Notes: generated from the letters alone by a model not told the origin. Shown: positions 45,684-56,315, counted from the stretch's first letter. The stretch is DNA of 64,000 bases from Bacteroidales bacterium (GCA_031274555.1 JAISPZ010000066.1:18020-82019), one strand, 5' to 3'. Translations and numbers: made by a program.

Positions 45684-46778
45684 CTACTTGCTTTTTCTGT
45701 AGCTTAGGACAGCCCAGAAGTTGAAGACCGCAGCGAAGCCGATGAGGGCAAAAAGTTCGGGAAGCATTTCGAGCATGGAACTCCCTTTTAGATAGATAGC
45801 ACGCATAACGTCCATAAAATATTTTAACGGGTCAAAGGCAGCAATATATTGCGCCCATTGAGGCATACTCTTTACAGGAGTGAACAGACCGCACATGATG
45901 ATAAATATCATGATAAAGAAAAATATCATGAACATAGCCTGCTGTATGGTATTTGTGTAATTTGATATAATAAGCCCAAGTCCCGATACAACAAAAGTAT
46001 AAACAACAGCAAACATATAAATAGTGAGCAAACTTCCACGCGGATAAATATCATAAATTAAAAATCCAAGCACTATGCCGATTGTGAGAACAAAAATACC
46101 GATTATCCAATATGGAATAAGTTTTGCGAGAATAAATTTTATCCTGTTTACAGGAGTAACATTAATTTGTTCAATAGTGCCTGCTTCCTTCTCCCCCACT
46201 ATGTTCAACGCAGGCAGAAAGCCCGCAAGCATAGTCAAAAGAATAACCATAAGAGCGGGCACCATAAATTTTTTGTAGTCAAGATTGGGATTAAAGCGGA
46301 GTTGCATAGCTGGTGGGGAGATAAGTGCTTCGCTTGAAGACGGACTCATTTCTGCTGCATAGTCGTCTATAATTCCTTTCAGATAAGACGAGCCGAGAGT
46401 GGCATTCATGCTGTTTACAGCATTTGCCGAAATCATCACTTTTGTCGTCCCCTCCTTATAAAATGTCTTCTCGAAATTTCGTGGAAAAATAAGCATAATA
46501 TCGGCTTTGTCACTCTCAATTTCTTTTAATGCTTCTTTTTCCGAGTGAACAATTGAGCCAAGAATAAAATAGCCAGAAGCAGTGATTTTTCTCACAAGAC
46601 GAGAAGTAAATTCCGTGTTGTCGTTATCAACTATCGTCAGGCGAACCTCTTTTACTTCTTGCGTTGCAGCCCACGGCAGGATAAGCAGTATAAACACAGG
46701 AAAAATAAAAATCAGCTTCGGCAAAAATGAATTGCGAAAAGTCTGTTTAAATTCTTTTTCTAATAAAAATTTCAGCAT
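45684..46778 (-). CDS. ABC-2 type transporter permease
   Basis: 364 aa. One N-terminal TM helix, a large extracytoplasmic loop, and a C-terminal 5-TM bundle, as in the YbhS/YbhR family. Confidence 0.85.
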   Translation of the reverse strand: MLKFLLEKEFKQTFRNSFLPKLIFIFPVFILLILPWAATQEVKEVRLTIVDNDNTEFTSRLVRKITASGYFILGSIVHSEKEALKEIESDKADIMLIFPRNFEKTFYKEGTTKVMISANAVNSMNATLGSSYLKGIIDDYAAEMSPSSSEALISPPAMQLRFNPNLDYKKFMVPALMVILLTMLAGFLPALNIVGEKEAGTIEQINVTPVNRIKFILAKLIPYWIIGIFVLTIGIVLGFLIYDIYPRGSLLTIYMFAVVYTFVVSGLGLIISNYTNTIQQAMFMIFFFIMIFIIMCGLFTPVKSMPQWAQYIAAFDPLKYFMDVMRAIYLKGSSMLEMLPELFALIGFAAVFNFWAVLSYRKSK

Positions 46779-46827
46779 ATCGTAAAATTTTGCTCACAGT
46801 TTTTCGGCTGCAAAGCAATTACATCTA

Positions 46828-48012
46828 TCATAATCTCACTTTAAATCTTTTCAAACTTGCAAAAATAAATGCAATCGCCATTGAGGTAAGGATAACAAAT
46901 TCTTTCCACACATAAAGCCCCGACACTCCCTGTATCATAAGTTTTTTTGCAGCAGCAATAAACCATCTTGCGGGAATAATGCACGAAAACCATTGCAAAA
47001 ATTCCGGCATACTTTCAATTGGAAAAACCATACCTGACAGTATCATTGTCGGCATCAGAAACCCCATCCCCGAAATTAAAATTGCTGCGACTTGTGTGTT
47101 CGCAAAAGAAGAAACGGCAACTCCCATCGAAAGACAAACAACAATATAGAGTAGCGACATAAAAATAAGCCACAGCGGATTTGAGGGCATCGGAACACCT
47201 ATTATCAGAACAGATATTGCCATAATTGTCACAACATTTATCACGGACAGCACAAAATACGGAACAAGTTTTGCAAAGATTATGGACATCGGATTTGTTG
47301 GCGATACAAGGAGTTGTTCCATCGTGCCTGTCTCTTTTTCGCGCACAATTGCAACGGAAGTCATCATCGCACAGATAAGCATTAAAATCATCCCCATAAT
47401 TCCCGGAACAAAATTGTAGGAACTCTCCATTTGTGGATTGTATAGCATTTTTGTTTCGGAAGAAATAATTGAACGAATGGGCGTGGATGACGGTGTTTCT
47501 TCAAGCGGTGAGGTTGTTGAAGCGGACACGGGTGATGACGTTTCTGCAAGTGGTGACGTTGATGTGACGGACGACAATGACGGCGTTACCGCGAACTGTG
47601 CCGCTGATGATATTATCTGAAGAATATAATACGAAGCACTCACTGCCTGATTTGGCTCTGTCGCATCCGTTATAATCTGCATATCAAAACCTGAAATACT
47701 TTTAGACGGACTGAACAGTATCACAAGGTGTGCTTCGCTATTTTCAAAAGACGGAGTTATTTCTTTTTCTGAATGAATTTTTGAAAGGATAAAATCTTTA
47801 TTTGCACTTATTTGTTCGGTGATTTTCTGTGTTGTGGAATTTTGTACATAATCAAGAACTGCAACTTTTACGTTACGCACTTCGTTTGTTACTGCAAATC
47901 CGAAAAGAAAAATTTGAATTATCGGCATTAAAAAAAGGATCATCATCGTGCGCGGGTCGCGCAGAATATGAAAAAATTCTTTTCTTACAAATGTTCCAAA
48001 TGATGATTTCAC
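46828..48012 (-). CDS. ABC-2 type transporter permease (with Ser/Thr/Pro-rich loop insertion)
   Basis: 394 aa with the same architecture. The extracytoplasmic loop carries the low-complexity SLSSVTSTSPLAETSSPVSASTTSPLEETPSSTP (about nt 47480-47600). Confidence 0.85.
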   Translation of the reverse strand: MKSSFGTFVRKEFFHILRDPRTMMILFLMPIIQIFLFGFAVTNEVRNVKVAVLDYVQNSTTQKITEQISANKDFILSKIHSEKEITPSFENSEAHLVILFSPSKSISGFDMQIITDATEPNQAVSASYYILQIISSAAQFAVTPSLSSVTSTSPLAETSSPVSASTTSPLEETPSSTPIRSIISSETKMLYNPQMESSYNFVPGIMGMILMLICAMMTSVAIVREKETGTMEQLLVSPTNPMSIIFAKLVPYFVLSVINVVTIMAISVLIIGVPMPSNPLWLIFMSLLYIVVCLSMGVAVSSFANTQVAAILISGMGFLMPTMILSGMVFPIESMPEFLQWFSCIIPARWFIAAAKKLMIQGVSGLYVWKEFVILTSMAIAFIFASLKRFKVRL

Positions 48013-48051
48013 CTGCTTATAAGTTTATTATTTAGTACGGAACTCACGTTA

Positions 48052-48948
48052 TTATTGGAAGTCCACCTCACCGTACATGCCCTGTTTGATAAATCCGCTG
48101 TCGTTCCTCACCGCAATCTTTACAGGATATACAAGATTGCTTCGCTCATCTCTTGTCTGTACGGTCTTTGGAGTAAACTCTGCCTTATCCGAAATCCATG
48201 ATACGGTACCGCTGTTAATACGACTTTTATTTTCACCCATATCGGAATATACTTTAACTTTCTGTCCCACTTTTAAATCTGTTATCTGGCTGCCCACAAG
48301 ATAAGCACGAATGTACATTGCAGAAAGATTTGCGACTTTAAAAAGTGGCTTTCCTGCTGCGGCAAGCTCCCCTCTTTCTGCGTATTTTCCAAGCACAGTT
48401 CCTGAAACAGGACTTCTGATAATGCTCTTGCGGATAAGGTCTTCCACCTGAGCTATCTGGGCTATCAGACCCTCTGCTTCGCCTGAAATACTGCTATTCG
48501 TGTTTGTAAGCTGCTCTGTTAATGCGCTGATTTGTTTTTTCAGGGCAGAGACGGAAGCGTTTATATCGTCAAGCTGTTTCCGATTTGCAACTTTGTTTGC
48601 TACGAGGGTTTCAAAACGGTTCTGTTCTTTTTTTAACGTTTTTAATTGTTCGTTCATCGCTGCAATTTGCGATGGAACATCAATCGTTCTGCTTTTTACA
48701 GCAGAAAGTGCCGCCTGCAATTGAGTTTTTTTCAAGTACAATTGCACTGTGTCAATCATTCCGACTACGCTGTCGGCGAAAACATTCGTGCCCTCGTCTA
48801 TATCGAAAAACATTATTTCGCCGTTTGCCTGCGATGACACAATTATCTCTGTCGCTTCAAAAACTCCCGAAGCGTCGTGAGCATTGTTTGAACTTTTACA
48901 GGAAAAAGCTATCAAGACAAATAATAATAAGTACGTTTTTTGTTTCAT
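48052..48948 (-). CDS. HlyD-family periplasmic adaptor (membrane fusion protein)
   Basis: 298 aa. Lipoprotein-like N-terminus, long coiled-coil segment, and beta-barrel C-terminus. Confidence 0.85.
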   Translation of the reverse strand: MKQKTYLLLFVLIAFSCKSSNNAHDASGVFEATEIIVSSQANGEIMFFDIDEGTNVFADSVVGMIDTVQLYLKKTQLQAALSAVKSRTIDVPSQIAAMNEQLKTLKKEQNRFETLVANKVANRKQLDDINASVSALKKQISALTEQLTNTNSSISGEAEGLIAQIAQVEDLIRKSIIRSPVSGTVLGKYAERGELAAAGKPLFKVANLSAMYIRAYLVGSQITDLKVGQKVKVYSDMGENKSRINSGTVSWISDKAEFTPKTVQTRDERSNLVYPVKIAVRNDSGFIKQGMYGEVDFQ

Positions 48949-49284
48949 ATCTCTAAATTCTAAGTTCTACATTCATTTCCCTCGCTCATGCCCGACGTTT
49001 CTTCGGCTTCGGGTTTCTCTCACTCTGTTCGTTTGTACACCTTTTGGTTTCGTGGAAAATTAAGTTTAAAATTTCGCAATGCGAAGAAGCAGCCCACCAT
49101 CTATTAATCTACCTCTCTAAGTTGGCATGAACTACTCCATACTCCTTTTCAGCGATGGTTTACTTCAATTGCTAAATTTTAAATCTTGAATTTTCCGTAC
49201 CCCTGCCTGACGTTTTTTCGGCCTCGGGTTTCTCTCACTCTGTTCGTTATATCCTACGTTTTACATTCTATTTTGCGCTTTGCT

Positions 49285-49398
49285 GCGTTAGGGATTGAGC
49301 GGAAATCCTTTTTTGCGGCGGGGACACGTGGGGTGGGCAAAAAAGATTGGAGTGAAAGCCCGACCCCGCTCCGAGCCTGCGAGGGGCGGGGGAACGCC
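49285..49398 (+). repeat. GC-rich structured dispersed element, compact 114-nt copy
   Basis: gcgttagggattgagcggaaatccttttttgc...gcaaaaaagattggagtgaaagcccgaccccgctc...gaggggcgggggaacgcc. Closing stem GCGTT/AACGC around two internal hairpins. Confidence 0.7.
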
Positions 49399-49433
49399 CA
49401 ATTCTAAATTCTAAATTCTACATTCTACATTTT

Positions 49434-50777
49434 TCACAGCCCTAATTCTACTCGTAACTCGTACATCGCGAGGAGCATTTGCATTGAGTGAACTGCTTTC
49501 GTTTGACGCGCCATGTTGAGTTCAAACAGGTCGGACAAATAGTCGCTCATTGAGAGTGTGCCGTTTGCCTTTTTAATGGATGACATTTTTACTAATTCTT
49601 CTCTCATCGCGATAATTTTATCGTCCTCTGCTAGAAGTCCTTGCAACTTTTTTATTTCCGCATTTATGCCTATAGCTTTTTGATTTAAGTTAAAGCGAAA
49701 TGTGGCTTCTTGAATATTTATAAAGTCTTTGGCTGTATTGATTATTTTCTTTTCGTCGCCGTAGGTATATAACCCGCCGAAATTCCACGACAACTGCGCT
49801 CCTCCTATGAAGTATGGGGCAAATCCTGCCTTGAACATATTTAGTCCAGGGTTGGCGTACGCTCCCTGCGCGAAAAGTCCGAGCTGGGGCATACCCTTTA
49901 CTAATAACTTTTTTTTCTGCGTTTCTAATTTATTTTTTTGTGCCTGAAAAAGATTTATTTCGGGACGACTTACCGCCCTGTCAGGGGAAAATTCGAGTGG
50001 TTTCGGTACTGTGGATATATTTTCCCAAGAAACACGCCCGCCGAGAAAAAACGAGAGCATGAGCGCCTGGGCTTCAAGTCCACTTATTATTTCGTGCTCT
50101 GTCTGTGCCGCCTTTTTCTGCTCTACCTCTACACGCAGAGCATCTGACGGGTTTGCAAGACCGCTGTTTTCCAAACTTAAAACTCTGTCATACTGACGTT
50201 GCAATTCCTCACTGTATAATTTATTTTGTTCAAGGCGTTCTTTTAAAAGAAGAATACCGAAATAAACTTGATTTATTTGGCTGTAAAGGGCGTAAAGTCC
50301 CACTTCCGTACTTTGTGCATCAACTTTTGCCTGTGCTTTTATATCTTCTCTTTCATAGATGAGCGCACCACCGTCCCACAACGGCTGCACTAATTCTATC
50401 GCTGCACGATACTGGTCTTTGTCGGGAAAATTAATGTCATCCATTCCCATAGAGGCTAACAGGTCTAATACATTTTGGGAAAATGCTGTGACATCGGTCT
50501 GCCATGAGGCTTTCGCAGAAAGTGAGAGCTGGGGAAGAAAATGACGACCCGCCCCCGCACTTTTGTATTTTGAGGAACGTGATATAACTTCAAATTGCTT
50601 CACAAGGGGATAATTTTCCCGTGCTTTCGCATAGCAATATTCGAGGGTCAGGTTTTGCGTGAGCTGTGCATTTGGCGCATTTGGTGCATTTGATGCACTT
50701 GACACATTGGGCGATTGGGCTTCTGCAATCTGTGCGACCGTCACAAAAACAATAATTAAAAATATCTTAGTTTTCAT
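49434..50777 (-). CDS. TolC-family outer-membrane efflux protein
   Basis: 447 aa with a signal peptide. Two-repeat alpha/beta TolC layout. First gene of the TolC-HlyD-ABC-2 operon. Confidence 0.85.
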   Translation of the reverse strand: MKTKIFLIIVFVTVAQIAEAQSPNVSSASNAPNAPNAQLTQNLTLEYCYAKARENYPLVKQFEVISRSSKYKSAGAGRHFLPQLSLSAKASWQTDVTAFSQNVLDLLASMGMDDINFPDKDQYRAAIELVQPLWDGGALIYEREDIKAQAKVDAQSTEVGLYALYSQINQVYFGILLLKERLEQNKLYSEELQRQYDRVLSLENSGLANPSDALRVEVEQKKAAQTEHEIISGLEAQALMLSFFLGGRVSWENISTVPKPLEFSPDRAVSRPEINLFQAQKNKLETQKKKLLVKGMPQLGLFAQGAYANPGLNMFKAGFAPYFIGGAQLSWNFGGLYTYGDEKKIINTAKDFINIQEATFRFNLNQKAIGINAEIKKLQGLLAEDDKIIAMREELVKMSSIKKANGTLSMSDYLSDLFELNMARQTKAVHSMQMLLAMYELRVELGL

Positions 50778-50788
50778 ACTACTTACGT

Positions 50789-53700
50789 TTATCCGAATAT
50801 CTCTCGCAATTCCTTGTTACTCAACTTCCCAATCCACTTTTCACCGTTGGCAACTGTCATTTCTGCGAGATGTTTTTTCTTTTGTATCATATCATCTATC
50901 CGTTCTTCAAACGTATTTTTGCAGATCATACGATGTACCATAACATTTTTCTTTTGCCCAATGCGGTAGGCGCGGTCTGTCGCCTGGCTTTCGACAGCGG
51001 GATTCCACCACAAATCATAGTGAATGACGTGCGAAGCAGCGGTCAAATTCAGCCCTGTACCACCCGCCTTGAGCGAAAGGATAAAGATTTTGTCTGCGCG
51101 ACCGTTCTGAAACCTGCTCACCATCTCCTCTCGCTGTTTTACACTGCAACCACCGTGATAAAACATCGGTTCTTCACCAAAACGTTCAGCTATAAAACGT
51201 TGTAACAGCCCACCCATTTCTGTGAACTGCGTAAAAATCAACACTTTCTCGCCACTTTCGTTAATACTGTCAAGTAATTCAAGAAGTAATTCTGTTTTCC
51301 CTGAAAGGGATGCTTCAAACTGTCCATCTTTCAAAAATTGCGTGGGATGGTTGCATATTTGTTTCAACGCAAGTATCATCTGCAACACTAAACCCTGCCG
51401 CTTAAACAATGTTTGACTGTCAGAACCCGCACAACCTTCAATTTGCTCCATCGCCTTTTCCATCGTTTTCTGATACAAAGCCACTTGCTGCTTGCCAAGA
51501 GATGCAAATTGAATTTGTTCAATCTTATCGGGTAAATCGGAAATAACAGTTTTGTCCGACTTCATACGCCGCATCATAAAAGGGGCGGTAATTTTCCGAA
51601 ACTTCAAAGCAATATGCTCATCATTGGATATTTGAATTGGCTCTGCGTAACTTTCTTTAAACGTCTTAATATTGCCCAGATAGCCTTTATTGGTGTAATC
51701 CATAATTGACCAAAATTCGGTCAAGCGGTTTTCTACAGGCGTACCGCTCATCGCAATACGAATATTTGCAGGAACACTTTTTACAGCTTTCGACTGCGCA
51801 GTGGTGTGGTTCTTGATATTTTGTGCTTCGTCGATAACCATCACCTGCCATTTTTGCTTTTTTAGTACTTCAAAGTCGCTTCTAAGTACACCGTACGTGG
51901 TGAGTAAAATATCTGCATCAAACTGTTTTAAGTCGCGCGTAGCACCGTGAAAGATATGCGTAGAGAGCGACGGCGCAAATTTCTCGATTTCCGCTTTCCA
52001 ATTTATTAATAATCCTGTCGGAACAACTACCAATGCCTTGTGCTTTTTATCTATAGCATTTTCTTCTTTAAGTTTTAACAGAATGGAAATTACCTGTAAC
52101 GTCTTGCCCAGACCCATATCGTCAGCAATAACACTTCCAAAGCCGATACGACTATTTCTATACATCCACGAGAAACCACGTTGCTGGTATGGACGAAGTT
52201 CCACATTCAAGCCTTTCGGCAACGGAATATCTTCTTCGGAAGTCAGTTCACGAATTAAATCCCGTACCTCATTCGTCAGTGCAACAGGTGCTCCATCGTA
52301 TTCTTCAGCCAACGCCGTCTGCAGTAATTGATAGGAATTAAGCAATTTACCACCTGTAATGGCTTTGTTCAACTTTTCTATGTCAGTATCACTTACGTAA
52401 ATATAATTCTCCTTGAATTTGAACAGTCTCGAAGCATTTTTCATCAACTTCTGAAAGTCTGCAAGTGAAATCACCTTGTTGCCAAGTGCTATCTGCCACT
52501 CGAATGACAATAAATCGTCCAAGCGTAAAAATCCCTGACTGTCGGATGATTTTTTTAGTTTCACAGATACTTTCGGACGTAACAGTTCCTGTAAGGATTT
52601 GGGCAACAGAATTTTGATGTCCAGCAATCTAATTGCGGGAAGTACCTCCATAAGGAAAGAGGCAAACTCTTTATTACTGAAACGAACAGATGTATTTCCC
52701 AAAAGGTTGATATACGTGTCCAAGCCTTTTATAAACGGTGTCAGCAACGACACGCTCTGCAATATTTTAAAACGTTGTTTCTCGTATTTTTTTTGTTCCC
52801 AAATATCTTTTAAGGGGACAGGTGGCTGATTAGCACTTTCTACGCTAATCTGAACTTCAAACTGCCCGTCCTGATTGTCTTGCTTGCCTTGCTTGTCTTG
52901 CTTGTCTTGCTTGTCTTGCCTGTCTGAAGGCTCCGAAACTATGATTACAGGCTTATATAATTCTGTGGTCAGATAATATCTGTCTAACCACACCTTTATA
53001 CCACCACTCAACGCATTTTCACCAACACCTGCAAAATCGTATGATATGCCTTTGAAAAATAACTTTTCAAACAGGTCGTCATTTTTAGATAATTTGGACA
53101 GATGTGCGATTATATTACTGATAAACAACGATAAAATTTCTGTCGCCAAATTGTCGGACACTATTTTTGACAGTTTTTCAACTACTGTTTTCACGTGTTG
53201 ATCCATGCTTGCAGGCAGCCAGCGAATGATGAAACGTTTGTTTTCCAACTGAACAATCTGCGGAATAACCATGCCGTTTGCCAATAAATGAAGTGAAGCA
53301 AACAAAATTTTGTGAAGTGCAGCCACACTTGCATCCATGTCGAGCAAATAGTCTGGGTTTAATGCAAAGAGCGCGGGTATCAACTCATCCAAAGTATATT
53401 CTTCGTTAATGGACAGACGATTGTCTTTATGCAATGTCAAAGAAAGTGTAGATCTGTTCGTTAGAAATTGTTTATCCGTCAGAGGATAAATCGTATCAAG
53501 GTTCAGTTTATTAGATAAAATACTCGAACATTCCTGAGCAATTCTACGCATTTTAGAAGCATATTTTTCGCGAAAATTGCCCGAAGGATAAAAAGGTGGT
53601 GCATCGGGTAAAAGTTGTACTAACGCGTCAAAGACATTTTTCAATTGCGAGAAATCAACTTTTTGATAAGCAGTGTCTTCCGAGTAAGAAATATTTCTTG

Positions 53701-54271
53701 GGGGCTTTATCAGGCTTTCTAACGTGGGGATTTCCGTTTTATTTTGGTCAGCAAGAAAAATATTTCGTTTTTTTAATTCTTCTATTAAGTGAACATTATG
53801 AATATCAAAGACAAAAAACGGATTATTGTCAATTTCGCGGCTCAACATATAAATAACCGCAGCCAAATGTTTGCATGGAACAGCCCAGTCAGGGCACGAG
53901 CATTTCATTTCAAAATCCGTCCATCTCTGGGGAAACACTTTCAGCCCTAATGATTCGGAAATATTAAGAATGGCAGGATCTAATTCGCGATTTAACAATT
54001 TGGAAATAAGCGCAGGATGTTCAATAATTTTATCCAGCAAACTTTCCTTTGAGCTTTCAGAAAAAGTGGGCACAACAATCGTTACGGTGTATGGAGTCAG
54101 ACGGCTTCCAGCGACTTTCGCCACAATTTTATTATCTCTTATCTTTACACTTTTGACACGACCGCCTCGCGCGTACGAAGCCCCTCGCGGCAAACGATTA
54201 TCGTAATCCACACTTCTTAACGAACCTAACCAACGTTCGCCCCACCATGTTTTTCCAAACTTTTCTGCCAT
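50789..54271 (-). CDS. SNF2-family helicase with N-terminal SWIM zinc finger
   Basis: SWIM motif CSCPDWAVPCKHLAAV. Helicase motifs DDMGLGKT, DEAQNIKN, LKAGGTGLNLT, QATDRAYRIGQ. The ATG at 54271 (MAEKFGKTWWGERW) is preferred over the TTG at 54295. Confidence 0.9.
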   Translation of the reverse strand: MAEKFGKTWWGERWLGSLRSVDYDNRLPRGASYARGGRVKSVKIRDNKIVAKVAGSRLTPYTVTIVVPTFSESSKESLLDKIIEHPALISKLLNRELDPAILNISESLGLKVFPQRWTDFEMKCSCPDWAVPCKHLAAVIYMLSREIDNNPFFVFDIHNVHLIEELKKRNIFLADQNKTEIPTLESLIKPPRNISYSEDTAYQKVDFSQLKNVFDALVQLLPDAPPFYPSGNFREKYASKMRRIAQECSSILSNKLNLDTIYPLTDKQFLTNRSTLSLTLHKDNRLSINEEYTLDELIPALFALNPDYLLDMDASVAALHKILFASLHLLANGMVIPQIVQLENKRFIIRWLPASMDQHVKTVVEKLSKIVSDNLATEILSLFISNIIAHLSKLSKNDDLFEKLFFKGISYDFAGVGENALSGGIKVWLDRYYLTTELYKPVIIVSEPSDRQDKQDKQDKQGKQDNQDGQFEVQISVESANQPPVPLKDIWEQKKYEKQRFKILQSVSLLTPFIKGLDTYINLLGNTSVRFSNKEFASFLMEVLPAIRLLDIKILLPKSLQELLRPKVSVKLKKSSDSQGFLRLDDLLSFEWQIALGNKVISLADFQKLMKNASRLFKFKENYIYVSDTDIEKLNKAITGGKLLNSYQLLQTALAEEYDGAPVALTNEVRDLIRELTSEEDIPLPKGLNVELRPYQQRGFSWMYRNSRIGFGSVIADDMGLGKTLQVISILLKLKEENAIDKKHKALVVVPTGLLINWKAEIEKFAPSLSTHIFHGATRDLKQFDADILLTTYGVLRSDFEVLKKQKWQVMVIDEAQNIKNHTTAQSKAVKSVPANIRIAMSGTPVENRLTEFWSIMDYTNKGYLGNIKTFKESYAEPIQISNDEHIALKFRKITAPFMMRRMKSDKTVISDLPDKIEQIQFASLGKQQVALYQKTMEKAMEQIEGCAGSDSQTLFKRQGLVLQMILALKQICNHPTQFLKDGQFEASLSGKTELLLELLDSINESGEKVLIFTQFTEMGGLLQRFIAERFGEEPMFYHGGCSVKQREEMVSRFQNGRADKIFILSLKAGGTGLNLTAASHVIHYDLWWNPAVESQATDRAYRIGQKKNVMVHRMICKNTFEERIDDMIQKKKHLAEMTVANGEKWIGKLSNKELREIFG

Positions 54272-54323
54272 AATACTACTTTGAATGAGGTGCAAATTTA
54301 CATTAAAACTTTCAATTTACACA

Positions 54324-54520
54324 TAAACTCTATAAGAACTTATAAACTTTTTAGCTTATCGAATAAACTCTATAGCTTTTGACTTACGAATAAACTCTAT
54401 AGCTTTTAGCTTATCGAATAAGCTCTATAAGAACTTATAATCTTCTTGACTTACGAATAAACTCTATAGCTTTTGACTTACGAATAAACTCTATAATAAC
54501 TTATAAACTTCTTGACTTCT
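54324..54520. repeat. Tandem 27/39-nt repeats (6 units) upstream of the SNF2 gene
   Basis: Units aaactctata(agaacttata..)gcttttgacttacgaat alternate between long and short forms. Confidence 0.85.
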
Positions 54521-54587
54521 GCGTTGGAGTGCAGGGGTAGAGTTTTTGCCTGTCTGCAAAATATGTTATTTTGAAAATGCAGCGGAA

Positions 54588-55589
54588 TTAAAACTGCGAC
54601 AGAAAGCGTCTGTCGTTTTCGGAAAAGAGGCGCAAATCTTTTACGCCATATTTGAGATTGGCTTGGCGTTCGACACCCATGCCGAAAGCGAAACCGCTGT
54701 ATATCGTGCTGTCTATGTTACAGTTTTCGAGCACAGCAGGATCAACCATGCCACATCCAAGAATTTCTACCCAACCTGTATGTTTGCAAAACGGACAGCC
54801 CTTGCCACCGCACAGCGAACATTCTATATCCATTTCGGCAGACGGTTCTGTAAAGGGGAAATAAGACGGACGAAGTCGGATTTTTGTTTCGCTTCCGAAC
54901 ATCTCTTTTGCGAAATAAAGGAGTGTCTGGCGCAGGTCTGCAAACGAAACATTCTTGTCTATATAAAGTCCCTCAACCTGATGAAAAAAGCAGTGCGCAC
55001 GCGCAGATATTGCTTCGTTGCGATATACTCTACCCGGAAAGATTGCACGAATTGGCGGTTTTTGTTTTTCCATCGTGCGGATTTGTACTGATGAGGTGTG
55101 GGTGCGCAGGGCAATGTCCCCTTCTACAAAAAAAGTGTCCTGCATATCGCGGGCAGGATGATCTGGCGGGAAGTTCAGTGCGGAGAAATTATGCCAATCA
55201 TCTTCAATTTCGGGACCTTCTGCGACAATAAATCCTATACGTGAAAAAATATCTATTATTTCATCGCGCACCTGCCATATTGGATGACGATGTCCCTGCT
55301 CAAAGCCTGTGGGACGAAAAAGATCATCAAATTCTTTTACGTCTGTATTCTGCGTTTCAAATTTTGCCCGTGCATTTTCTATCGTTTCTGATACAGCTTG
55401 TTTCAGCGTATTTAATGACTGTCCTGCTGCACGTTTTTCTTCTGTCGGAACTTGCTTAAACTGTTCAAACAGGTCGCCAAGAATTCCTTTTTTACCGAGA
55501 AGACGGATGCGATAACTTTCCACTTCTTCGGGCGAGGAAAATGAAATGCTTTTTGCCTCTTGCAGTAATGTTTCTATTTTTTGTAACAT
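54588..55589 (-). CDS. pheS: Phenylalanine--tRNA ligase alpha subunit
   Basis: 333 aa. HPARDMQDTF, FPFTEPSAEMD, GFAFGMGVER. Confidence 0.95.
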   Translation of the reverse strand: MLQKIETLLQEAKSISFSSPEEVESYRIRLLGKKGILGDLFEQFKQVPTEEKRAAGQSLNTLKQAVSETIENARAKFETQNTDVKEFDDLFRPTGFEQGHRHPIWQVRDEIIDIFSRIGFIVAEGPEIEDDWHNFSALNFPPDHPARDMQDTFFVEGDIALRTHTSSVQIRTMEKQKPPIRAIFPGRVYRNEAISARAHCFFHQVEGLYIDKNVSFADLRQTLLYFAKEMFGSETKIRLRPSYFPFTEPSAEMDIECSLCGGKGCPFCKHTGWVEILGCGMVDPAVLENCNIDSTIYSGFAFGMGVERQANLKYGVKDLRLFSENDRRFLSQF

Positions 55590-55655
55590 AAAATCTGTGC
55601 TTTTATCCTGTCGCCTGTTGCTTTTATCTTGTCGCCTGTAATAATTGTAACAGGG

Positions 55656-56315
55656 CTATTTTTCGATTTCAATGCTCATGAAAACATTTTTTAGCGGGCG
55701 ACTGTTGCCGTCGGTCTGTGTTTCGGCGATTTTGTCTATCACATCAAGTCCCTCTACAACTTCGCCAAAAACGGTATATTGTCCATCGAGAAATGGCGTT
55801 CCGCCGATAGTTTCGTATGCTTTTTTCGATTCGGGTGTAAACTTAAATCCATACTGTGGACTTTCCATCATGGCAATTTCTTCGGGTAAAACTTTTTTGC
55901 CCTGAACTATATAGAATTGGCAGGCTGACGAGCGTTTTTCATGATTAACGTTATCGCCCATACGTGCTGCGGCAAGCGCACCTTTTTTGTGATAAAATTT
56001 CGGATTAAATTCTGCGGGTATGGTGTAGTCTAAACCGCCTGCACCAAGGCGTTGTCCGTCCGCAGCATTGCGAGAATTAGGGTCGCCACCCTGAACCATA
56101 AAATCTTTTATCACTCGATGAAAGAGCAATTCGCTATAAAAACTGTCCTGTACAAGTTTTAAGAAGTTGTCGCGATGTTGTGGCGTTTCATCGTAGAGTT
56201 TTATTTTCATATCACCCATCGAGGTGTGAATAATAACCATTGGTGTTTTGCTCTGTGAGGAGTTCATACAGGAAAAAGAGATTAAAGTGAGTACTGTTAA
56301 AAGGATTTTTTTCAT
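55656..56315 (-). CDS. Cyclophilin-type peptidyl-prolyl cis-trans isomerase (lipoprotein)
   Basis: FHRVIKDFMVQGGDP and TVFGEVVEGLDVIDKI. The ATG at 56315 gives the lipoprotein signal MKKILLTVLTLISFSC. The TTG at 56378 lies in the promoter box. Confidence 0.9.
   Translation of the reverse strand: MKKILLTVLTLISFSCMNSSQSKTPMVIIHTSMGDMKIKLYDETPQHRDNFLKLVQDSFYSELLFHRVIKDFMVQGGDPNSRNAADGQRLGAGGLDYTIPAEFNPKFYHKKGALAAARMGDNVNHEKRSSACQFYIVQGKKVLPEEIAMMESPQYGFKFTPESKKAYETIGGTPFLDGQYTVFGEVVEGLDVIDKIAETQTDGNSRPLKNVFMSIEIEK

Noticed and set aside
54546-55515. Plus-strand ORFs antisense to pheS (54546..55091, 54884..55231 and others)
   Set aside because: They are shadow ORFs opposite a strongly supported conserved gene.
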